From positions 248,001 through 312,000 of IMG/VR virus record IMGVR_UViG_3300023174_000033: DNA of 64,000 bases; one strand, 5' to 3'. Below the pieces are notes generated by a model. That model did not search any database, had not been told where the DNA came from, and saw nothing but the letters and a program-made list of their open reading frames with translations. A program made the translations under genes and the position numbers. Each line of letters opens with the position of its first letter. Position 1 is the first letter of the stretch. This document shows positions 16,577 to 26,182 of this stretch, piece after piece.

Positions 16577-17411
16577 AATTCTCAAAAGTCTTGACTATCT
16601 TTGAAATGTTCAAAACAACCTTTTTACTTTCAATCTTATTTCTTTGATTTGTATTAATCTTGTGACACCATAATATAGGTTTGAAATCTTCAATATCTTC
16701 TTTTATTACTTCTCTCAATCCATCTTTCGTCCTTGAGATTAGAAATTCCAAAGTATTATTTATTTCGTCAGTCAGTTTGAGTGTTTGTGAATTCACATCG
16801 TAGAAATGTACCTCATCAAATTTTGTTATTTCCTCATCAATGAAATTATTTCCTTCCGTTTTGTAACCAACTAAATGTTGTAAAAGAAGTCTGACCTTTT
16901 TGAATTTAATTTCATCGTCATTTTGGTTCATAAAATTATCTGAAATAAAATAAAAGGTTTTTACTTTCATCCCCATCTCCAATAGCTTTTCTTTTAAAGT
17001 TTCAATAATTTTGGTATATCTCTCCCTAATTTGTTTTGAACAGATAACGTACAAATCAATTACTTTATTTGTGAATTCGTGAAGAAAATCTTTATTCACT
17101 TCAAAATCTAAATTGTCTATAACCTCTGGATTCATAAATTCTTGCAAACTTATTCCAATATCAGATAGATTAATTTTAAAGTTTTTACATTTAATTTTAA
17201 TATTATTCCAAAGGTCAGTTGGTAACCAATAGGTTTCACCGTTGAAATTTACTTTATTTCCTTGGGTTTTATAAATTCCATTTTTTATTAAATTAAAATC
17301 AGATTTTGATATTTTAAATATTGGTTGATTGGCATTTTTCTTATCTACAATCCAGACTTTATTTTCTAGATTCACCAAAGCATCAAAATCAATAAATACT
17401 CCTAAACTCAT
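16560..17411 (-). CDS. Hypothetical protein, possible HAD-like fold; probable start ATG 17411 (MSLGVFIDFD)
   Basis: DxD near N-terminus and HFYD later; track start 17498 would cross a terminator and promoter. Confidence 0.55.
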   Translation of the reverse strand: MSLGVFIDFDALVNLENKVWIVDKKNANQPIFKISKSDFNLIKNGIYKTQGNKVNFNGETYWLPTDLWNNIKIKCKNFKINLSDIGISLQEFMNPEVIDNLDFEVNKDFLHEFTNKVIDLYVICSKQIRERYTKIIETLKEKLLEMGMKVKTFYFISDNFMNQNDDEIKFKKVRLLLQHLVGYKTEGNNFIDEEITKFDEVHFYDVNSQTLKLTDEINNTLEFLISRTKDGLREVIKEDIEDFKPILWCHKINTNQRNKIESKKVVLNISKIVKTFENFNPYS

Positions 17412-17431
17412 AGTAATATTATATATTAAAT

Positions 17432-17460
17432 AAAAAAACCCATCGTAAAGATGGGTTTTT
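17432..17460 (-). terminator. Intrinsic terminator
   Basis: aaaaacccatc-gtaaa-gatgggttttt hairpin after the 150-aa ORF. Confidence 0.8.
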
Positions 17461-17463
17461 AAT

Positions 17464-17916
17464 TTATTTAGTGAATCCCTTTTCAAGGGCAAATTCATAA
17501 AGTGTTGGTAAATTCAAATATTTTATAAACAAATCTCTTATTTCTCCCATAGTTTTTGATTTATTAACTATCCATTTTACTAAAAACTTATACTCGTTCT
17601 CAAACTCATCTTCTACTTCATTCCAAGGTTTGGTATAATTTGAAAGTTTTACCCATTCCCTATCACCACCTGTTAACCAATATAAAGATTTTCTTGGTTG
17701 GATGGAATCGTTATTGGCTGATATCTTTTGTTCCCAAAAAGATTTTGTCACGTCATTGCTTCTCATCATAATCGCGACTGCTTCAGCTACATCTTCGGTT
17801 ACATGGTTATCAAATTCAAAGAATATTTGTTGATTAGTAGTAGGTACTAAATTTACAAAATCTTTGATCTCCCTTGTTTTGATGAGGTCTTGTCTTGTTG
17901 AACGTCTTTTGCCCAT
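17464..17916 (-). CDS. Hypothetical protein
   Basis: 150-aa ORF followed by a terminator. Confidence 0.7.
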   Translation of the reverse strand: MGKRRSTRQDLIKTREIKDFVNLVPTTNQQIFFEFDNHVTEDVAEAVAIMMRSNDVTKSFWEQKISANNDSIQPRKSLYWLTGGDREWVKLSNYTKPWNEVEDEFENEYKFLVKWIVNKSKTMGEIRDLFIKYLNLPTLYEFALEKGFTK

Positions 17917-17939
17917 AAAATTTAATGATTTTTTATAAT

Positions 17940-18227
17940 CTATGTAAGATTTATTCCACTTAGGAATTTACCATGAAAGTTTCCATTTTCAAATATACCA
18001 TTTTCAAATATACCATAGAAATTTCCCCCTTTGAATATACCATAATGCCAATGGCCAGAATAAAAAATGCCATCATGCCAAATTAAAGTGCCGTTTCTGA
18101 TTTCAATTTTGGCTTCCTCAATTTCAGAGTCAACCAGCCAGTGTAAATTCTCCTTCTCAAGAATTTGTGCAATCTCTCTTTGATTAGTAATTTTTGTGTT
18201 TCCGTATATTAGTTCCAAAAATCTCAT
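17940..18227 (-). CDS. Hypothetical protein with G-x-[WF]-x-x pentapeptide-like repeats
   Basis: WHDGIFYSGHWHYGIFKGGNFYGIFENGIFENGNFHGKF. Confidence 0.7.
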   Translation of the reverse strand: MRFLELIYGNTKITNQREIAQILEKENLHWLVDSEIEEAKIEIRNGTLIWHDGIFYSGHWHYGIFKGGNFYGIFENGIFENGNFHGKFLSGINLT

Positions 18228-18395
18228 AAAAAATTAACAAAATTGCATAAATTAATTAAACTCATAGTATATATAACTACTTTTTTGATTTATTTTTCCT
18301 TTTCCTTTTTTTTTTCAACAATTCCTGGGGAGGGGTTAAAATTATTTTTTCCCCACTCAAATGTTAATATATAAATGAAATTTTAATTTCTCCAA

Positions 18396-21134
18396 ATGAA
18401 ATACCTACAAAGAAGAGACGATTTTTTACAACTAAAAAATATTGACATTGAAAATGAAGATACTATAAAGTTATTCAAAAGTTCCGAAATGATACGTGAA
18501 ACCTTTGAAAATGACATAACTTGGGGTGGTTCGCTAGTAGGTAGACTTATAAATTCAGTAATCAGATATAGTAAGATTTTAGTTCAAGCTCAAAGAATAA
18601 AGAGTATAATTCCTCAAATTGAAAGATGTTTGAATGAACTATTAGCAATTGCCGTTTTTGATGAAGACCAAAGAAAGAAGATTGCCTTGGTCACTGTACA
18701 ATTCCTTTTAGAAGAAATAATAAAAGTGGTGAAATCAAATTTATCAGTTCAAGTAAAAATTACACAATTGGCTGGTGATGAGAATGGTGAAGGTGGTTTA
18801 ATTGATAATGTAATCAAAAAATTAGAGGAAAGTGTTGATGAGACTGATTTTCCAGATAAAAATGATGTTATCGCTAAACTTAAAAAGTTTAAAGAAGAAT
18901 TATTAAAATTAAGAGGTGATGAAACTCCCGAGGAAGAGGAGGAATCCGATGATGAAGAGCCAAGTTCAAATTTTAAAGAAGAAATAACTGAATTTTTAAA
19001 ATCAATTTTGGATTTATTTAATTTTTTTAAAAAATCACCAGAAGGAGAGAAAAAGACTAAACTTACTTGGAAAGGTAAAGAGGTTATAATAGTTAGTAAG
19101 GGGAATAAAAAATTAGGAGCCGGAGATGATCAAACTTGGAATACTACAGATGATGAATTTGACGGCAATCCACCAAAAAAAATAGTTCCTCCTGGTAGCA
19201 TACAAGTTATAGTTAAGAATCCAGTAACCAATAAATTTGATAAAGATTCAGAAATAGCTATTGTAAAACCAACAGAATTGAAGAAAGAATCCTTATTGGT
19301 TGAAAATTTGACACCAGAGGTTGAAAAACAAGTTCAAAATGCTAAAAGTAAAATTCAAAAAGCTTTTAAATTTTCCGAGATGGGTAAATATGAAAGTTTA
19401 TTCACTAAATTATTAAATGATTGTGAATCTGGTAATGAGGTGAGTATTGGATACGCAAAAGAAATTATGAAACAAGTCTTTAAAAATGAAATTACCGAAG
19501 GTAAACCGATTTCGTTTGAGGAACTCATAAAAGAAGCCGCTGAACCATTTTTTAAGACAGAGTACAAAGTTCTTCCAAAAGTGATTTCATTGTTGGGTAG
19601 GGTTTTGATGTCATTAAAAGATAGTATTGAATTTACTGGAAATTTTGGAGATTTGAGTGGTCACATAAAATCGTTTGTAGAGGGATATACAAAAATAAAA
19701 GAAACTTTAAAATCCGAATCCGAGGAAAAAGAGAATGTAGAGGTAAGTGAAGAAGGTGCTGGTGAAACGACTGCCGGTGAAAAATCAATTACAACAACAC
19801 AATCTCAAACTGAAAAGTTTAACTATAAACCCATATTTGAAAAAGATGAGCCGGGTAAAATTGGTGATGCTTTGGATAAGGTCATGGAAGCTTGGAGAAA
19901 TAATATCACGGTTGAAGAAGAAAAGAAATGGTCGGTAGATAAGACCTTAGCTAAAAAACTTGAGAATGATGGTAAAAAAGCAGAGAATAGTAAATTGACG
20001 ATTGACATAAGTAAGAAGGAAAACTTTGATTACATAGTTGAAATAGCTGATTTATTTGGAAAAGCTTATAAAATGTATGCTACGAATTGGATACCCTCTG
20101 GTAGACCAGGAGGTATTATTTCTTTGAGTACTTTAAGAGAATACAAATATATTGGTGATGAAACCACCTCAAGATCGGATTGGGGTAGAGATAAAGGAGA
20201 TGGTAATCCAGGTGAAGGTCCTTGGGCGGCTTTGAAAGTTTATAAGAAATTTGAGGATGGGATTATGGGATTATTGAAAAATAATCAATATAGAAAAATT
20301 CTTGCTAATTCTAGATTTAAGAATAGTGGTCCAAACCAAGCAGAAGGTTCAGGTAAAACACTTTTCAAATTCATGAATAATATGTTAAGTGGTATCAAAG
20401 GAGACTATGATAAAAATAGACACGAACTTTTTGCTGAATATTTTGGACAAGAGGGATCGGACCGGGCAGAATTTAAACCTGTTGGTGGTGGTGGTAATAA
20501 TGATATCTTACCAGGGAATCAAGGTGAAAAGGGATCTGTGTCCTTCTTGAAGGGAACCACCGGTATAACTTTAGCCGATGTGAGAGAAAGTGGGCAGTAT
20601 AATAAATCATTTGGGTATGTTGAAGGTGTTATAAATGGCAAAACCGATCAAAAAATGATAATATATTTTAATTCTGTTGTGAAAATTGATAAGAAAATGT
20701 TTCTATTTTGTAGGGTCCACCTGAGTAAGAATAATAAACAATCTTTGGTTTCTTCATACTTGAAAAAAACTATGGAAGATAAAAAACTCAAATTGGACAA
20801 GTCTTTGCCGGAAAATGTCAATGAATTAGTTTATTTTTTACCAATTGAAATGGATGGATCAAAGAAATATTTCAGAAAAGGAGTAGAATTAAATTTGAAA
20901 TGCATCAACATTAAAAAATTAGAAACAGATGAACCAATAACTTTAAAAATCAAACCTACAAAAGATATTTTTATACTTGGTTATGTTGATGAAAACAAAG
21001 ATGGAAAACAAACTCAAAAAGTTTTGAGTCTTGATGGAGAACCTTTCAGAAATCCAAGTGGCGACTTAAAAATAAACCTCGCTCAAAAATTCAAAGACAA
21101 GGAGAGTTTGAGGAAAAAATTTGGAATGCAATAA
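18396..21134 (+). CDS. Large hypothetical protein, probable internal head protein
   Basis: 912-aa ORF; MKYL leader, several [LI]xE sites beside acidic linkers; late promoter at 18366-18373. Confidence 0.7.
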   Translation: MKYLQRRDDFLQLKNIDIENEDTIKLFKSSEMIRETFENDITWGGSLVGRLINSVIRYSKILVQAQRIKSIIPQIERCLNELLAIAVFDEDQRKKIALVTVQFLLEEIIKVVKSNLSVQVKITQLAGDENGEGGLIDNVIKKLEESVDETDFPDKNDVIAKLKKFKEELLKLRGDETPEEEEESDDEEPSSNFKEEITEFLKSILDLFNFFKKSPEGEKKTKLTWKGKEVIIVSKGNKKLGAGDDQTWNTTDDEFDGNPPKKIVPPGSIQVIVKNPVTNKFDKDSEIAIVKPTELKKESLLVENLTPEVEKQVQNAKSKIQKAFKFSEMGKYESLFTKLLNDCESGNEVSIGYAKEIMKQVFKNEITEGKPISFEELIKEAAEPFFKTEYKVLPKVISLLGRVLMSLKDSIEFTGNFGDLSGHIKSFVEGYTKIKETLKSESEEKENVEVSEEGAGETTAGEKSITTTQSQTEKFNYKPIFEKDEPGKIGDALDKVMEAWRNNITVEEEKKWSVDKTLAKKLENDGKKAENSKLTIDISKKENFDYIVEIADLFGKAYKMYATNWIPSGRPGGIISLSTLREYKYIGDETTSRSDWGRDKGDGNPGEGPWAALKVYKKFEDGIMGLLKNNQYRKILANSRFKNSGPNQAEGSGKTLFKFMNNMLSGIKGDYDKNRHELFAEYFGQEGSDRAEFKPVGGGGNNDILPGNQGEKGSVSFLKGTTGITLADVRESGQYNKSFGYVEGVINGKTDQKMIIYFNSVVKIDKKMFLFCRVHLSKNNKQSLVSSYLKKTMEDKKLKLDKSLPENVNELVYFLPIEMDGSKKYFRKGVELNLKCINIKKLETDEPITLKIKPTKDIFILGYVDENKDGKQTQKVLSLDGEPFRNPSGDLKINLAQKFKDKESLRKKFGMQ

Positions 21135-21135
21135 A

Positions 21136-21693
21136 ATGTTACTTAAATATTCAGAATTTTTGAGAGAGAATGTAGAGGTTTATCAAACAGATGATCCAAG
21201 CCTAGCTTCAAGAAAGAATTTATTGAACGATTTGGAAAAACAATCCAAAGAATTTTTACAAAAAAGAGTTGAATTAGATAACATCTATTTAACTTATAAG
21301 GACGAGGGTGACCTCATTAATAAATTATCAGCCAGAGGATTTATCAAGAAAACTGGTAATAAAAAAAATATAGAATTTGAGAATCCCATACTTTCAATTT
21401 ATAGTGGTGCTAGTCAAAAAACCAGAAACTTGAAAGATATAGAAAAATCTGTTGAGGAATTGAAAGGAAAATTAAAGGAAAAAAATGATTATCTTCAGAA
21501 AAATCCAAACTCAAAAGAATCGGTGGGTGGTGAAATTGAAACTCTTAATAAAGAACTTGAGGAAAAGAACAAGCAAGTAGAAAATATTTCAAAACAAATA
21601 GTTGAGATTCAACGAGTTTCCAATCAAAGGTTAAAGGAAATCACCAAGAGTTTTAAGGACACGAACAAACAAGTTAGGAGTGATTTGAAATGA
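21136..21693 (+). CDS. Coiled-coil protein with leader motif; probable start ATG 21136
   Basis: MLLKYSEFLRENV starts 1 nt after the upstream stop. Confidence 0.7.
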   Translation: MLLKYSEFLRENVEVYQTDDPSLASRKNLLNDLEKQSKEFLQKRVELDNIYLTYKDEGDLINKLSARGFIKKTGNKKNIEFENPILSIYSGASQKTRNLKDIEKSVEELKGKLKEKNDYLQKNPNSKESVGGEIETLNKELEEKNKQVENISKQIVEIQRVSNQRLKEITKSFKDTNKQVRSDLK

Positions 21694-21757
21694 AAAAATA
21701 ATGAGCAGAATTAAAAAATTAAAACCGAAATTTTCAAATAATATCTTCAATAAATTA

Positions 21758-21790
21758 TGAAAAAATTGGTTTTTAGTTTTAATATATAAA
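21758..21790 (+). promoter_or_regulatory. Late promoter of sheath copy 1 (TGAAAAA...AATATATA)
   Basis: atgaaaaaattggtttttagttttaatatataa, repeated identically upstream of sheath copy 2. Confidence 0.7.
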
Positions 21791-21814
21791 ATAAACAAAA
21801 AAAAATACATTACT

Positions 21815-24800
21815 ATGGCAGCAATTCAGATTGGAAAATATAGAAGACCTGGTATCTTTTTCGAGGAGTTCGACTTATCGATAATTCCACCACCACCGGC
21901 TCCAGCCCCCCTTGCGAGCTCGCTTGTGGTTGGATTCTCCAAAAAAGGACCGATAAACACTCCTATATTAATCTCTAACGTAGACGAATTAGAGAGAATT
22001 TACGGTCCTTTGGACAGAACATTAGAAAGAAAGGGTTCTTATTTTCACAGAACTATAGCAAAAATTCTCGAGACATCCCCGGTTCTCGCTATGAATCTTT
22101 TGCCCGCATCAGATACTTTGGATCAAATTGAATATAGATCTTTATCCACAGCAACTGACAAAACAAATAGTAGTGTGATAAATATCCCGCTTAGAAAAAT
22201 CCACGATACATCAAGTTTCTGGATTAGAGACAATGAGACATTCATTGATAATATTAAAGATGAAGTAGGTGGTGAACAAAGACTTTTCCACGTCACAAAT
22301 ATCTCCAATAGATATGTCAGTTTATTTATTTTCAAATCAAAAATGACTGGTTTTGATCAATCATTAGTGGAATATTATGGCACTGCTGATAAAGTTCCAC
22401 CTTATGTAAACCCATTAGATTATGGTTCAGATTACTTGGTTGATGTTTTAGCTGTTAGTGGTGATTGGTCCAATTATAGCAACTTATCAGTTGACGTTAA
22501 ATGGAGTGCTTACTTCAGTAGTGAAGGTTTGAAGAAGGATGCAATTAGAACATTTGCACAAGATAGAAATGTTAATACATTAGCTTTCTACGAGGGATGT
22601 TCTTTAATCCCTTATTTCAGAGATGGAAATGGTAAAAATGTATTCATTGAAACTGTAATTAATAATGACACAGATAAAACCGGTCTTTTCTGTGCGTTCA
22701 ATGCTGATAAGCTTGAAAACGCATATAGAAATGACATGGTTGATTTAAATGGTAATAACTTGGCAAAGAACAATTCTTTAGTTGATAATGAGCAAAATAG
22801 TATTGATTTCTTATCATATACCGCTCAAATTACAGAGAAGAATTTCTTCAATCTTACACCATTAGATAATGCGGATGGCATCCAAGCTGTAATGGCTATG
22901 GGACCATCAATTTCCGGAGCATTCAGTCCAAACTTAGCAACAACAGGGGCCGGTAAGAATGACTATCTTAGAACACTTGGTACACAATCAGATTATTATA
23001 ACTATACTCCAGAATTGAGAGGTCCTAGGACTGCTTACTTTTCAAATGAAATTATTAGGGGTGTAAGATCTGCGTCAGCTAGTTCAAACATAGGTGCTGG
23101 AGCACCTGTCGCTGGTAGTACCAGTTCTATATTTATTGGATTTGATATATCTAGAAAAGATAGTCTTCCACTTGGAACCACAACGTTTTCTGCACCTTAT
23201 TTTGTGGTAAATGGTTCCAAGACCCTTGTCAGTGGAGCGCCGGCAACGGGGCAATTTTCAACGGTGACTTTTTCTCATTTTCACTTAAATTACACCGGAT
23301 ATTCAACATCCGGTCCAACTTACACGGTCTTTTCAACATATTATTTAGATAGTACTGGTAATATTAGGGAAAAGGTATCTACTGAAAATTTGAGAACGCC
23401 AGAATTGTCAAATAATGACGTTGTTTTGGGATTCTTGAGATTTGATATAGGTCGTGGTGGTCTTGGTGGTGGTGTTGGTAGTGGTTACTTCACTAACTCA
23501 AGATGGGTGCCAGTTGGTGTTACCGGCATTAATGCGGGTGTTGCGGTAGCAGAAGTAGGTTTCACCAATTCATTTATTGACTTTACGGGTTCTGGTGTTG
23601 GTGTGGCCAGTCCGGTAACCGATTATGCTGTTAGCGAACCTTATGGTCCGAATAATGGAAAAATTCGTGTTACTTTCCTTTATACTGCTGGTTTTTCAAA
23701 CACCAACGGTGGTGACCTAGCAACTAGTTCAACTTCATTTACTGGTAGGTATAATCCATACACCGCTTACAGGAAAATTAGATGGTTCAATTATTTAGTG
23801 AATCTTTTATCTTCGGACGAGAAGAAAAAAATGGTTATGCTTTATGATAATAGTGATACGGTGGGTAATATCCTATCAGGTGTGCCTCATTTCCAAAAGT
23901 TATCTATGGCGAATGTGAAAATTTCAAATATAGAAACTTCTACTACCGTAGATAGATCTTTTGAATTAGATTTGGGTATCGGTTTCACACCAGGTTGGGT
24001 TCGTGGTGGAAACCTCATCTTTTATAAAGTTGATAATGAATTTTATATAGGATCGGATGGATATAACACTCAAATGAGACAGAGTACTGCAACAATGGGT
24101 GTGGCTGGTAAATATTCTGATCCATATTTGAAATTCATTGATGGTGGAATAAATACTGCAGATTATTTCTATAAAAACCTTTATTCATCAACATACTCAT
24201 CCGCTATTCAATCTCCGGTTCGTGTATTAGGTAATCACAGAGTAGTTCTAACGACAACTGTAAATAATGAACCAGTTGTGGTGTTCCAAGGACCATCTGG
24301 TGGTGGACAATTAAATGGTTATCCATTCGCTGTCGGCGGCACTGAATCATTCTATTTACCTGATTCACTATTAAATGATAAGGTATTTACTATTAGAACA
24401 GCTGCTACGAGTTCAATTTTGGATCCAATTACTGGAACTTTCTTTGTATTTGGTGGTGGGGTAAATGCGACATCATCAGCTTGGGTTCTTGATAAACCAA
24501 CTGTTTATGAAAATCTATATGGAGTTCAGAGGATTTTAAATGCAACTGATAGAGTTTATTTGAGAGGATATACAACTGGTGATGAATTACAAGTAGATTT
24601 TGAACAAGAAAATTTAACAACACCAAGTTCAGCTTCTGCGTCTAGGGATTATAGCCCTGTGATTATATCCGACCTAGGAAGTTTAAAACAAACTGTTGAA
24701 ATATACGAACCAACTGGATATGTTTCCGTTGATAATAAAGTATTAACTTTGAGCACAAGAGCTACTGGTGTTAAGAAAGGTGATTTCTTACAAGCTAAAG

Positions 24801-26029
24801 TAAATACTGACAATCTTTCAACTGGTGAAACTGGTAGGAGATTGACAAGAATCCTAGCTAAAAGAAGTTGGAGTGTAGATCCTACCTATACTGAAATTAC
24901 TTGTGATTCTTCAATACAAAAGTATTTGTTTGATAATGGAAAAATGCAAACATTAGCATACACAACCATTGATCAATATGTAGACGCATACCAGGCTATT
25001 AAATTGAAAGGATTCAAAATGAGAGACGAATCGGTACCTAATGGAACTGAGGAAACACAACAATCAATTTTAAACATGGTAGCTAAAGGAACACCTATTT
25101 TTAAAGCACTTGTAAATAAGGATTCAATTGATTTTAGATATGTAGTTGACTCTTTTGGTCTTGGTCTTATCGAGAACTCAAAACAACAACTTGTTGATAT
25201 AGTTGGAGAAAGATTGGATTGTTTCGGATTCATAAATATGCCATCTATTAGACAATTCAAAAATTCTGCTAATCCATCTTTCACAAATACTGATGGTACA
25301 ATTAGCACATCATATATCGCTAGTGGTGGTAATAGAGAAGCTAATCCTAAATTCTTATACTCTTTTGGCAAAGGTAAAGGTGTAAGTGCGGTTGGTTATT
25401 TCCTACCTTATCTAGTAGTAAATGATAATGGTAGACCAGCAGAATTACCACCAGCTATGTTCGTGGCCAATACATATCTAAAGAAGATTACTGGAGCTAA
25501 CCCAGCGGTATTACCTTGGACCATCGCAGCTGGTGTTACTAATGGTAGAATACTCAATATCAGAGGAGTTGAATCAAATTTCTCATTTGAAGATATTGAA
25601 AATCTAAATACAGCTCAAATGAATCCAATTGTATTCAAGAAAAATGGTGGATTTATAATTGAGACTGAAAACACAGCTCAAGTAATTTACAAATCAGCTC
25701 TTTCTTACATCCACGTAAGAGAAGTTCTAATTGAACTTGAGAGAGATTTAACCGCAATGTTACTTGACTATCAGTGGAGATTTAATACTCCTGAGGTTAG
25801 AGCTGAGATTAAATTAAAGGCTGACGCAATTTGTGAAAAGTATGTAAACAAAAATGGTCTTTACAATTACTTCAACAAGTGTGATGATGAGAATAATACT
25901 CCTGATTTAATTGATAGACAAATTGGTGTTATTGACACTTTTGTTGAACCAATCAAAGGTATGGGTATAATTGTAAATAATATTACAATTCTCAGAACTG
26001 GCTCTATTGAAGCTGGTGGATTTGCATAA
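21815..26029 (+). CDS. Tail sheath protein (gp18-like), copy 1
   Basis: RPGIFFEEFD, GFSKKGPINTP, AAGVTNG, SALSYIHVRE, CDDENNTPDLID, EPIKGM. Confidence 0.92.
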   Translation: MAAIQIGKYRRPGIFFEEFDLSIIPPPPAPAPLASSLVVGFSKKGPINTPILISNVDELERIYGPLDRTLERKGSYFHRTIAKILETSPVLAMNLLPASDTLDQIEYRSLSTATDKTNSSVINIPLRKIHDTSSFWIRDNETFIDNIKDEVGGEQRLFHVTNISNRYVSLFIFKSKMTGFDQSLVEYYGTADKVPPYVNPLDYGSDYLVDVLAVSGDWSNYSNLSVDVKWSAYFSSEGLKKDAIRTFAQDRNVNTLAFYEGCSLIPYFRDGNGKNVFIETVINNDTDKTGLFCAFNADKLENAYRNDMVDLNGNNLAKNNSLVDNEQNSIDFLSYTAQITEKNFFNLTPLDNADGIQAVMAMGPSISGAFSPNLATTGAGKNDYLRTLGTQSDYYNYTPELRGPRTAYFSNEIIRGVRSASASSNIGAGAPVAGSTSSIFIGFDISRKDSLPLGTTTFSAPYFVVNGSKTLVSGAPATGQFSTVTFSHFHLNYTGYSTSGPTYTVFSTYYLDSTGNIREKVSTENLRTPELSNNDVVLGFLRFDIGRGGLGGGVGSGYFTNSRWVPVGVTGINAGVAVAEVGFTNSFIDFTGSGVGVASPVTDYAVSEPYGPNNGKIRVTFLYTAGFSNTNGGDLATSSTSFTGRYNPYTAYRKIRWFNYLVNLLSSDEKKKMVMLYDNSDTVGNILSGVPHFQKLSMANVKISNIETSTTVDRSFELDLGIGFTPGWVRGGNLIFYKVDNEFYIGSDGYNTQMRQSTATMGVAGKYSDPYLKFIDGGINTADYFYKNLYSSTYSSAIQSPVRVLGNHRVVLTTTVNNEPVVVFQGPSGGGQLNGYPFAVGGTESFYLPDSLLNDKVFTIRTAATSSILDPITGTFFVFGGGVNATSSAWVLDKPTVYENLYGVQRILNATDRVYLRGYTTGDELQVDFEQENLTTPSSASASRDYSPVIISDLGSLKQTVEIYEPTGYVSVDNKVLTLSTRATGVKKGDFLQAKVNTDNLSTGETGRRLTRILAKRSWSVDPTYTEITCDSSIQKYLFDNGKMQTLAYTTIDQYVDAYQAIKLKGFKMRDESVPNGTEETQQSILNMVAKGTPIFKALVNKDSIDFRYVVDSFGLGLIENSKQQLVDIVGERLDCFGFINMPSIRQFKNSANPSFTNTDGTISTSYIASGGNREANPKFLYSFGKGKGVSAVGYFLPYLVVNDNGRPAELPPAMFVANTYLKKITGANPAVLPWTIAAGVTNGRILNIRGVESNFSFEDIENLNTAQMNPIVFKKNGGFIIETENTAQVIYKSALSYIHVREVLIELERDLTAMLLDYQWRFNTPEVRAEIKLKADAICEKYVNKNGLYNYFNKCDDENNTPDLIDRQIGVIDTFVEPIKGMGIIVNNITILRTGSIEAGGFA

Positions 26030-26048
26030 TAATCATAATCCCTAAATT

Positions 26049-26078
26049 AAAAAACCCTCAAGAAATTGAGGGTTTTTT
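26049..26078 (+). terminator. Intrinsic terminator
   Basis: aaaaaccctcaa-gaaa-ttgagggtttttt. Confidence 0.9.
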
Positions 26079-26124
26079 AATTAATAAATAAAATACATAA
26101 AATGAAACAAAAGACTAAAAAAAT

Positions 26125-26157
26125 ATGAAAAAATTGGTTTTTAGTTTTAATATATAA
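26125..26157 (+). promoter_or_regulatory. Late promoter of sheath copy 2
   Basis: Identical 33-nt block to 21758-21790. Confidence 0.7.
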
Positions 26158-26182
26158 GATAAACAAAAAAAAATAATTTACT

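Noticed and set aside
18322-18358. G/C-rich patch (tggggagggg...ttcccca) as a structured ncRNA
   Set aside because: Only a short possible stem, no recognisable RNA family; insufficient support.
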